DNA from: a bacterium
GTDB taxonomy: Bacteria; Desulfobacterota; DSWW01
Direction: 5' to 3'
NCBI GenBank assembly: GCA_040756235.1
Contig: JBFLZG010000148.1
Coordinates: 1 to 32,352, forward strand
Length of the DNA stretch: 32,352 nucleotides
The position numbers and the translations under genes are program-made. Position 1 is the first letter of the stretch. Each line of letters begins with the position of its first letter. The notes beneath the pieces were generated by a model that was given only the letters and a program-made list of their open reading frames with translations, was not told where the DNA came from and made no database searches. Positions 1-7,624 of this stretch are shown piece after piece.

Positions 1-87
1 TGATCCTCTCCCCTCGGAGGGGAGAGGAAAGAGGCGACCGAGCAGTCCCCTCGCCCCCTTTGGGGGAGCGGGCCAGGGTGAGGGGGC
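1..87. repeat. REP-like palindromes (CCCTCTCCC...GGGAGAGG / GGGTGAGGGG family)
   Basis: Hairpins cctctcccctcggagggggagagg (5-28) and cccctcgccccctttgggggagcgggccagggtgagggg (47-85). The same family recurs at about 27266-27334. Confidence 0.7.
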
Positions 88-287
88 TGCAGCCGGATGC
101 AGCATTTGTTCATGCGCTCGTATTAGACTGCCCTCCTCGAGCACCGTACCGAGGCCGAGAACGCGCTCGGCGGCGGAGGGTATCCCGGCCTGGATTTGCC
201 GGGACTCGGGACGGCCTCCGCGACTCGCCCTGCAAATCGCCGGAATACCCATCCCCCGCCGAAGGGGCCTGGAGCCTCATGACGGCT

Positions 288-974
288 TCAGGCCCCTTCG
301 GCAGATGATACCCCGATCTTGGGGCACAGGTCGTTCACGGGGCATACGGGGCACTTGGGGTTTCTGGCCACGCAGATCCTTCTGCCGTGGAACTGGAGGA
401 GGTGGCAGAAGCGCACCCACTTCGGGCGGGGCACGATGCGGACCAGGTCCTGCTCGATCCGATCCGGATCCGACTCGCCTGTGAACCCCATCCGCATGGC
501 CAGCCGCTTCACGTGGGTATCCACGCCGATGGCCGGCTTGCCGAAGGCGTTGCCGAGCACGATGTTCGCGGTCTTGCGGCCCACCCCCGGGAGCGTGATC
601 AGATCCTCGACCCGGTCCGGGACTTTCCCCCCGAAACGCTCGACCAGCTCCCCGGCGCAGGCGCGGATCGCCTTCGACTTGTTGCGGAAGAAGCCGGTGG
701 GCTTCACCTCGGCCTCGAGGACCTCCTGCGGCGCCTCCGCATAGTCGCTGGCCGTGCGGTATTTCCCGAAAAGGGTGCGCGTGACCTCGTTCACCCTCTC
801 ATCCGTGCACTGTGCGGCCAGGATCAGGGCGACGAGCAGCTCCAGCGGACTGGAGAAGTCCAGTGCCAGCCTGGCATCCGGGTGGGCCGTCTCCAGGCGC
901 TCGATCCACACGCCGATGTCAGAAGGGGGAACGCTCGCCCCTGACTTCTCACTGCCTCGGACCTTTCCGGCCAT
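288..974 (-). CDS. nth: Endonuclease III (HhH-GPD DNA glycosylase/AP lyase, 4Fe-4S)
   Basis: Motifs LILAAQCTDERVN, HhH LPGVGRKTA, VDTHV and C-terminal CVARNPKCPVCPVNDLC. ATG at 974 follows the SD GAGAGGAG. Confidence 0.95.
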   Translation of the reverse strand: MAGKVRGSEKSGASVPPSDIGVWIERLETAHPDARLALDFSSPLELLVALILAAQCTDERVNEVTRTLFGKYRTASDYAEAPQEVLEAEVKPTGFFRNKSKAIRACAGELVERFGGKVPDRVEDLITLPGVGRKTANIVLGNAFGKPAIGVDTHVKRLAMRMGFTGESDPDRIEQDLVRIVPRPKWVRFCHLLQFHGRRICVARNPKCPVCPVNDLCPKIGVSSAEGA

Positions 975-1011
975 CGCGAAAGCTCCTCTCATGTCTGGAT
1001 CCAATCTTGCC

Positions 1012-1035
1012 GGGCGCAGCAAGCAGCGCCCCTAC
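1012..1035 (-). repeat. GTAG-type REP palindrome
   Basis: Minus strand reads GTAGGGGCGCTGCTTGCTGCGCCC. A degenerate relative lies at about 26926-26949. Confidence 0.65.
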
Positions 1036-1222
1036 CACGATAGCCAAGAGTCGCATGCATAACCCGTACAGTGAAGAAGCCGCATTCCGATTATAGGAAA
1101 TCTGCCGAAGAACGGGCAAACGCATCCGAATCGGGTTCGGTTCTCGGCAGGACGGGCAGATCGCCAGGGATCGCTTCGCCACCAGCCTCGCTTTTCCGCG
1201 AACAGGCCCTTAGAATTTCCGC

Positions 1223-2296
1223 ATGGAGCTTTTCGTGCCGCAGCTCATTTATCTGGAATCCATGGCGAAAGAGGAGCCTCTGGCGCGGGAGATCCTCCTT
1301 TCCCTCTCCGGAGCCCGGGTTTACGAGATCCGCGATCACAGGAGGCTCGACTCGGAGGCCGTGCCTCTGAAGGCCTACGACCCGGGGATCAAGCAGCGAG
1401 CGCTCGTCCTGGCCCACAACCCGGGGCCTTTCATCCGACCCTTCCGCCCGCTCGCCGAAGACAAGGCAGGCGCGGACCTGTTCATCTCGCACGCCAACGG
1501 GTGCCCGTTCGACTGCCAGTACTGCTTTCTCCAGTGCTATTTCTCCCACGGCGCTCCGGTCCTTTTCGTCAATCAACAGGAGCTGCTGCAGGAGCTCTCC
1601 GATCGGCTGGAGGCCCCGGCCGCGGCCGGCCAGGTCACGTATCATGCCGGGGAGCTCTCGGACGCCCTCGCCCTGGAGCGGTGGAGCGGGTTTGCCGCCA
1701 GGGCCGTCGAGCTCTTTCGCGGGCATCCGGAGGCCGTGCTGGAGCTTCGCACCAAATGCGTGGAGGTCGAGCCCCTCCTTCCGGATCATCCCCCGGAGAA
1801 TGTGGTCTGCTCCTGGACCCTCACTCCGGTGCAAGCATGGCGGCGGTTCGAGGCCGGCACACCGGACCCCCGAGCGCGCCTCGCGACGGCCCGGGCCTGC
1901 CGCGAAAAGGGGTACCGGATCGGCGTCCGCCTGGATCCGGCCCTGCTCTTTCCCGGTTGGCAGGAGGGCTATGAGGAGTTGATGCGCCTTGCCTTCCAGG
2001 CGCTCCCTCCCGGGGAGATCGACTCCTTCGTCGTGGGCGGCTTCCGTTACCCGGCCGGGCTTGCCGCGCGGATCCGGGAGAGGTTCCCGGAGAGCACCCT
2101 CCTTCTGGAGGAGCTGGTGCCATGCCCGGACGGCAAGCACCGCTACTTCCGCCCCCTCCGGGTCGCCCTGTACCGGAAAATCCTGCGGGAGATCCGCAGG
2201 TATGACGAGCAGGTTCCCGTGCGCCTCTGCATGGAGAGCGAGCGGGTGCGCGGGGAGGCCGGGATCGGCTGCGACGGACGCACCGAGGCAGGCTGA
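1223..2296 (+). CDS. Spore photoproduct lyase-like radical SAM protein
   Basis: GCPFDCQYCFLQ (CxxxCxxC), LFVN, GELSD, LELRTK, SWTLTP, DGKHRYFRPLR and LCME motifs typical of the SplB-like family. Confidence 0.85.
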   Translation: MELFVPQLIYLESMAKEEPLAREILLSLSGARVYEIRDHRRLDSEAVPLKAYDPGIKQRALVLAHNPGPFIRPFRPLAEDKAGADLFISHANGCPFDCQYCFLQCYFSHGAPVLFVNQQELLQELSDRLEAPAAAGQVTYHAGELSDALALERWSGFAARAVELFRGHPEAVLELRTKCVEVEPLLPDHPPENVVCSWTLTPVQAWRRFEAGTPDPRARLATARACREKGYRIGVRLDPALLFPGWQEGYEELMRLAFQALPPGEIDSFVVGGFRYPAGLAARIRERFPESTLLLEELVPCPDGKHRYFRPLRVALYRKILREIRRYDEQVPVRLCMESERVRGEAGIGCDGRTEAG

Positions 2297-2310
2297 GAAG
2301 GCAAGAGGCG

Positions 2311-3324
2311 ATGAGGGGGTTCCGCTTGATTCGGAAGATCAGGACACGCGCGCGGCAACTGCTCACCACCTTCTGCTTGGCGTTCGACGCGCTCCTGTTC
2401 TATCCCGTTCTCTGCTTCCTCCCGTACGGCTGGGCCTATCCGGTCACACGCGGTCGGGGAAACCTGCACTTTCGGCTCATGCAGGGCCTTCGGAGCGCGA
2501 TGCTCAAGGACCTCGCGCAATGCTTGCCGGAGCGCACCGAGGCGGAAAGGATGGAGATCGCCCGGCGGGTCTTCCAGATGCAGGCGACCTTCTTTTATGA
2601 AAACTACATGTGGACTCGCTACCGTGAGAAGGCGTGGACCCGCAGATTCGTCACCTTCGAGGGGCTGGAACACCTCGATGCCTCGCTGGCCGAGGGCAAG
2701 GGGCTCATCCTGTGCACCATGCATTTCAACCACTACTTCATCGCCGGAGGGCACCTGATTGCCCGGGGATACGAGATCGCTCCCTATGCGGTCCACCCCC
2801 GGGACATGAAAAAGGTTCCGTTCTTCGTCAAGCTCCCCCACGCTTACTTGATCTGGATGTCGAGTTGGAAGACCGGAGTCCGATACATGCTCGCAGGCCG
2901 GCAACCCGCGCGCGAAGTCCTGCGGCGTCTCCGCCGGAACCAGCCCCTTTACGTGCTGCTGGACATCCCGCTTCCGGAGCAGCGGAACCTCAAGCCCGTG
3001 ACCTTCCTCGGCGGGACGGCCCTGTTCCCTTGCGGGCTGATCCGTCTCCAGCACAGGACCGGGGTGCCGTTTCAGGTCATGTACATGGTCAGGGACCTGA
3101 AAGACTGGAGGCGCCAGACCGTCATCATCACGCCGCCCCTGGCCTTCACGGGTGACGTGAGCAGCGACCTGCAGCTCGCGGTGAGCGAGCTGGAAGGAGC
3201 CATCCGCCGGCATCCTCACTTCTGGTGGGGATGGGGCAGGGTCGACCGAATGAGGCCCGAGCACATCCGGCAGGCCAAGGAGCTGCGGGATTACTCGACC
3301 CGGACCGTGAAGCGGCCTGATTAG
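2311..3324 (+). CDS. Lysophospholipid / lipid A acyltransferase family protein (LpxL/HtrB-like)
   Basis: EGLEHLDASLAEGKGLILCTMH, VTFLGGTA and IRRHPHFWWGW motifs, plus an N-terminal hydrophobic segment. Confidence 0.8.
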   Translation: MRGFRLIRKIRTRARQLLTTFCLAFDALLFYPVLCFLPYGWAYPVTRGRGNLHFRLMQGLRSAMLKDLAQCLPERTEAERMEIARRVFQMQATFFYENYMWTRYREKAWTRRFVTFEGLEHLDASLAEGKGLILCTMHFNHYFIAGGHLIARGYEIAPYAVHPRDMKKVPFFVKLPHAYLIWMSSWKTGVRYMLAGRQPAREVLRRLRRNQPLYVLLDIPLPEQRNLKPVTFLGGTALFPCGLIRLQHRTGVPFQVMYMVRDLKDWRRQTVIITPPLAFTGDVSSDLQLAVSELEGAIRRHPHFWWGWGRVDRMRPEHIRQAKELRDYSTRTVKRPD

Positions 3325-3376
3325 GTATCGGGTGTCGGGTTTTTCTGCCGACACCTGATACCTGGCACCTGATACT
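3323..3376. repeat. Inverted heptamer tandem repeats forming a 16-bp hairpin
   Basis: aggtatcgggtgtcgg (3323-3338) pairs 15/16 with ccgacacctgatacct (3348-3363). The 7-nt units continue as gacacct gatacct ggcacct gatact. Confidence 0.7.
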
Positions 3377-3391
3377 TGTAGGAGAACCATC

Positions 3392-4381
3392 GTGCGCTAC
3401 CGACAGATCCGGTTGGAGGAGGTGCTCCTGGCCGGTCCCAAGGCGCAACGCTTCGTATTCACCTTTCGCCCGGACCTGACGGAGCTGGTTTCCTGGCTCT
3501 CGAGGGCAGGCCTCCTCGTCCCCCCTCTTCTCCGGGAGCTGAAAGAGGGCGGCGGCGGTCCTCCCTACCAGGTCGTCTGCGGCTGGCGTCGCATCCAGGC
3601 GCTCAGGATGCTCGGCACGGAAAGCTTCGAAGCCCTGGTGGCCGACTCGAACGAGCTGAACGATGGCGCCGCCCTGAGCAGGAGCTTGCTCGAAAACCTC
3701 TTTCACCGAGGGTTCAACGAGGTGGAGAAGGCCCTGATCTGCACCCGGATCCACGACGAGTTCCCCGGCCTCGTCTCCTCGACGAACGAAGCCCTCCGGG
3801 GCCGGCTGACCATACCCGGCAGCCCCGGCGCCCTTCACCCGTACAGGTTTCTTCTCTCCCTGCCGCCCGCCATCCTGAGCCGCCTGGCCGAGGGAGGAAT
3901 CACCGTGGGTCAGGCCCTTCTGCTGAAGGAACTGCCGGAGGCGGCCCGCGAACCGGTCTCGAGCCTCATGGAGGGGTTGGGGTTCAACCTCCAGGAGTCG
4001 AGGCAGGCGGTCGAGTGGATCCTGGAGATCTGCCGCCGGGACGGCCGAGAGCCGCTGGGTTTCATCGAGGCCCTGACCGCCGAGGCCCTGCAAGGCGCCG
4101 ACATCCCGCCATCCAGGAGAAGTGCCCAGAGGTTCCTGGCCGCGCTGCGCAGCGAGAGGTTTCCTCACCTGGATTCCTGGACGAGGCGGCGGGAGAAGGT
4201 TATCGAGGGAACAGGGCTCGGCCGTGAAGGAGTCCAGGTATCTGTGGACCCGACCTTCGAGACGAGCCGGATCCGGATCCAGGTGAGCGCGGATTCCGAG
4301 AAGCAGCTCCAGGACCGGATCGAGGCCCTTCACCGAGCCGCCCGGGAAGGGAAGCTCGAGGAAATTTTCAGACTGCTATGA
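3392..4381 (+). CDS. ParB/Spo0J-family N-terminal domain protein (orphan, no ParA in window)
   Basis: GLLVPPLL...YQVVCGWRRIQAL (GxxRxxA) and ENLFHRGFNEVEKA. GTG start after the SD AGGAG. Confidence 0.85.
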   Translation: MRYRQIRLEEVLLAGPKAQRFVFTFRPDLTELVSWLSRAGLLVPPLLRELKEGGGGPPYQVVCGWRRIQALRMLGTESFEALVADSNELNDGAALSRSLLENLFHRGFNEVEKALICTRIHDEFPGLVSSTNEALRGRLTIPGSPGALHPYRFLLSLPPAILSRLAEGGITVGQALLLKELPEAAREPVSSLMEGLGFNLQESRQAVEWILEICRRDGREPLGFIEALTAEALQGADIPPSRRSAQRFLAALRSERFPHLDSWTRRREKVIEGTGLGREGVQVSVDPTFETSRIRIQVSADSEKQLQDRIEALHRAAREGKLEEIFRLL

Positions 4382-4454
4382 AACTTTTTCCAGGCCCGGA
4401 AGCTCTAATCAATCGGAGAAAAAAGATCACCGTCCAAAGCGGTGAGCGGCTCCG

Positions 4455-4493
4455 TCCCTGACATTCCACCCCCCCGAATGTCAGGGATTTTTT
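4455..4493 (+). terminator. Intrinsic terminator downstream of the ParB-like gene
   Basis: Perfect 12-bp stem tccctgacattc/gaatgtcaggga, C-rich loop, followed by TTTTTT. Confidence 0.85.
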
Positions 4494-4562
4494 ATGGCCG
4501 GAAACCGCCTCGCGGCTCGCCCCTCCCGACTTATCGGCTGCCAGTTGTCACTCATCCCCGAA

Positions 4563-4764
4563 GACACGGCCTTCTCTTCCGTCATTCCGGCGAAGGAGGC
4601 TGTGTCGCAAGCCGGCTGAATGGCCAATTCTCCGTCATTCCGGAGGAGCCTGCGAAGCAGGCGACATCCGGACTCCAGTCCATGTGCCCAGCAACCATCG
4701 CTGTTCCCGATGCACCCTTCTGGATCCGGGCTTCCACACGCTACGCAGGTGGGCCGGGATGACG
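4563..4764. repeat. Composite REP/REPIN-like element (GTCATTCCGGCG...GGAATCCAG / CTGGATCCCGG...GGGATGACG family)
   Basis: ccgtcattccgg units at 4579 and 4632, and cttctggatccgggc...ggccgggatgacg at 4717-4763. Homologous copies at 19027-19157 and 27029-27240. Confidence 0.75.
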
Positions 4765-4778
4765 AACAAGAAGCAGGT

Positions 4779-6254
4779 TCACGGGTCCCGGGCGAGGAAG
4801 TGGGACGTGCCGTCGTAAGTGAAGATGGACTTCATCCCGTTCACGAACGTCTCCAGGCGGACCGGCCTTCCCCACAGGTAATAGACGAATTCCATCGTCT
4901 TGACGCGGTATTCGGGATCCAGCTCGACTCCGTCATAGGCGTGCCTCAGGTACAGCTCCCGCCTCCTCTTGTAATCCCCGTCCTCGACGTAAATAAGCGG
5001 AATGTCGAACGTGCTCAGATGGGAAACGAGCAGACTCCTGATCTTCTGCCAGTCCTTCTCCTTGACCACGTACTGGACTTCTCCCGGCCTCTGCCGGCCT
5101 TCGTACAGGTACAGCTTCAGCTCCTCCACCAATTCCTCGGTCAGGAAGTGCTCGATGAAGAAGCGATCGCTGTAGCCGCGCCTCACCTCGAAGAGCTTTT
5201 CTCTTCCGGCGTTGAGCCCGAGGTCCCAGGCGTCCCGCTTGCGCCGATCCTCGCACCTCTCCCACTCCCTCCCGAATCGCCCCTTGTTCCACCGGTCCTC
5301 AATCGACTCGAAGATCTTGAGCCCCACCAGGTAGGGGTTGATCGCCCGGGGATTGCTCGCCAGGACCCGGGCGTTGTAGAGATTGTAGTAGCCGTGTTCC
5401 TCTTCCTTGAGCAGGCCCTCCTCGAACAGCCGATCCATGATCCGCATGTGCCAGTAGGACGCCCATCCTTCGTTCATGATCTTGGTCCGACGCTGGGGCA
5501 TGAAGTAGCGGGACTGGTTGCGCAGGACCGAGAGCACGTCCTTTTCCCACTCGTGGAGCGGCCTGGGCGAGTGCCGCATGATGTAGAAGAGCAGGTCGCG
5601 CTCCGGCTCCAGAGGCGTCTTGCTGCCGATCTCGTCTTCGGACAGCGGCTCGACCTTCTTCCTGGAGATCAGATCGTCGTAGGCACCGGGTCGGTCGACC
5701 TGGATCGGGGCCCGGGTGAGCCGCTCCCTTCTTTCCTCCTCGTTCTCCTCCCGGATGAAGAAGTCCGGGTCCACGTTGAGCTCCACGCTCATGCCGGCAT
5801 CGAGCAACCGTTCCACCTTTTCCGACCCGAACCGCTTCTCGTATTGCTGGAACCTGAGAGCCGCCTCGGAGGCGGACGGGAGCATGTCGCGGCGGCTCGG
5901 CTTGAAGTGCTGGTTGTTCTTCATGAAATCGTTGTGAGCGTACACGTGGGCCATCACCAGCACCTGGACCGGGAAGGGATTGGTGTTCATGAGGTAGGCC
6001 CGGCTCGGGTCCGAGTTGAGAACCACCTCGTACGGAATGCCGAACCCGTGCTCGTAGCGGGTCTTCTCCATCTCGTAGTCCCGGCCGAAGGACCAGTGGG
6101 AGAAGTTCACGGGCAGGCGGTAGGCCATGATCTCGAGCATCTTCTGCGCCGGAATGACGTCGAACTCCTGCGGAAAGAAGTCGAGCCCGAATTCGCGGGC
6201 GATCTCCTGGACGCGCTCGTCCAGCTCGGTCAGGCGCAGCAGCTCGGAATCCAT
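4779..6254 (-). CDS. spoVR: SpoVR/YcgB family protein
   Basis: FSHWSFG, YEVVLNSDP, AHVYAHNDF, TKIMNEGWASYWH and INPYLVG motifs. Third gene of the prkA operon. Confidence 0.93.
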   Translation of the reverse strand: MDSELLRLTELDERVQEIAREFGLDFFPQEFDVIPAQKMLEIMAYRLPVNFSHWSFGRDYEMEKTRYEHGFGIPYEVVLNSDPSRAYLMNTNPFPVQVLVMAHVYAHNDFMKNNQHFKPSRRDMLPSASEAALRFQQYEKRFGSEKVERLLDAGMSVELNVDPDFFIREENEEERRERLTRAPIQVDRPGAYDDLISRKKVEPLSEDEIGSKTPLEPERDLLFYIMRHSPRPLHEWEKDVLSVLRNQSRYFMPQRRTKIMNEGWASYWHMRIMDRLFEEGLLKEEEHGYYNLYNARVLASNPRAINPYLVGLKIFESIEDRWNKGRFGREWERCEDRRKRDAWDLGLNAGREKLFEVRRGYSDRFFIEHFLTEELVEELKLYLYEGRQRPGEVQYVVKEKDWQKIRSLLVSHLSTFDIPLIYVEDGDYKRRRELYLRHAYDGVELDPEYRVKTMEFVYYLWGRPVRLETFVNGMKSIFTYDGTSHFLARDP

Positions 6255-6300
6255 GGACTCCTCTGTAGAGGCTGTCGGGACAGGCTCTCTCGTAATCGGC

Positions 6301-7611
6301 TCAAAGGGCCCGTTCTTTTCTCAGGAATTCCCTGAGGGCGAGATAGACGTGGGGCTTCTCTTTCAGGATCGCCCCCAGGAAGGGCACCTCCTGGCTCGAC
6401 CCGGTGAAAAACTCGAAGTCGGCCGAGCCGGAACGCTGCGGCTCCAGCCTGAGCTCCCGCGCGAACGCGGTCATCAGGACGGAGCCGCCGTAGGAGTCGG
6501 TCTGGATTTCGCCGTAACCCAGCATGTTGATGCCCATCTGCATGAGGCGGCGCGCCGAGGCCATGGTCTTGAGCGGCTCGAAGTCCTCCCCGTCCGAAAA
6601 GTGGAAGGGGTAGACGTTCCAGCGGGAGGGGCTGTATTCGCTCTCCACCAGGTGGAGCGCCAGGTCGTAGGCCGAATGGCACAGGGTCCCCCCGCTCTCC
6701 CCTTTGTGGAAAAAGGTCTCCTCGTCCACCAGCTTCGCCTCCGTCGTGTGGGCGATGAACCGAATCTCCACGTTGCTGTAGCGCTTGCGCAGGAACTCGA
6801 CCAGCCAGAAGAAGAAGGACCGGGCCAGGTACTTCTTCATGGTCCCCATGCTTCCCGAGACGTCCATCATGGCCAGCACGGCGGCGTTGGACTCCACCTC
6901 CACGTCCTGTTTCAGGGTGCGGAATCGCAGGTCCTCGGAGAACAGGGTGACCGAAGGCTCCTGCGCCTCGTCCGGAAGGGCGCCTTCCCGCAGCAGCTTC
7001 TCGGCCAACAGCAGGTCCCCCCGCGCCAGGATCAGGGCCTTCGAGCACTTATCCTCGGATTCCCCGGTCCTGCGCATCAGCTCTCCCACGAAAGCCGCCG
7101 TGCGCCGGACCGCTTCCTTGACGGTACGCTTCTTGTCCAGGTAGTAAGCCGGTCCCCTCCTGGCGATGCTGTCGAAGCGCCACCCTTTGGGGATCTCGAT
7201 CTCGGCCACCCCCTTCTTTCTCAAATTGGGCAGACCGAGGTCCTTGAGCAGCATCTCGATCAGCTCGTCGATGTCGATCTCGGTCTCGAGATAGTCGACC
7301 CCGGGCACGTCGCCCGGCTGTCCCGGCTGCGAGTCGCCGGTGGGCTGGCGCCCGATCAGGTCACCGGGCTCCGCGTCTCCCTGGCCGACGCCCATACCGC
7401 CGGCGCTCTCCCGCTTGTACAGGAACCGATAGCTCTTGAGCCCGCGGATCGGGACCTTGATGAACTGCCCCTTCTTGCGGGTGATGATGGAAGCCTCGCT
7501 GACGATCTCGGCGATGTTCTTCTGGATGGCGTCCTTCACCTTGGCCCGATGCCGGCTCGCATCCTTGAGGCCCCTCTTGGACAGCTCCCAGTCCTGCCTC
7601 CTGACCGTCAT
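6301..7611 (-). CDS. yeaH: YeaH/YhbH (DUF444) vWA-domain protein
   Basis: DASRHRAKVK, DLGLPNL, MIDAS MMDVSGSM, ESGGT, WNVYPFHFSDGE motifs, in the position between prkA and spoVR. Confidence 0.92.
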   Translation of the reverse strand: MTVRRQDWELSKRGLKDASRHRAKVKDAIQKNIAEIVSEASIITRKKGQFIKVPIRGLKSYRFLYKRESAGGMGVGQGDAEPGDLIGRQPTGDSQPGQPGDVPGVDYLETEIDIDELIEMLLKDLGLPNLRKKGVAEIEIPKGWRFDSIARRGPAYYLDKKRTVKEAVRRTAAFVGELMRRTGESEDKCSKALILARGDLLLAEKLLREGALPDEAQEPSVTLFSEDLRFRTLKQDVEVESNAAVLAMMDVSGSMGTMKKYLARSFFFWLVEFLRKRYSNVEIRFIAHTTEAKLVDEETFFHKGESGGTLCHSAYDLALHLVESEYSPSRWNVYPFHFSDGEDFEPLKTMASARRLMQMGINMLGYGEIQTDSYGGSVLMTAFARELRLEPQRSGSADFEFFTGSSQEVPFLGAILKEKPHVYLALREFLRKERAL

Positions 7612-7624
7612 CGCTCACGACCCC

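Noticed and set aside
4597..4638. Minus-strand MTENWPF... resembling the microprotein NWP motif
   Set aside because: Lies in repeat DNA and lacks the hydrophobic helix, so it is a chance match.
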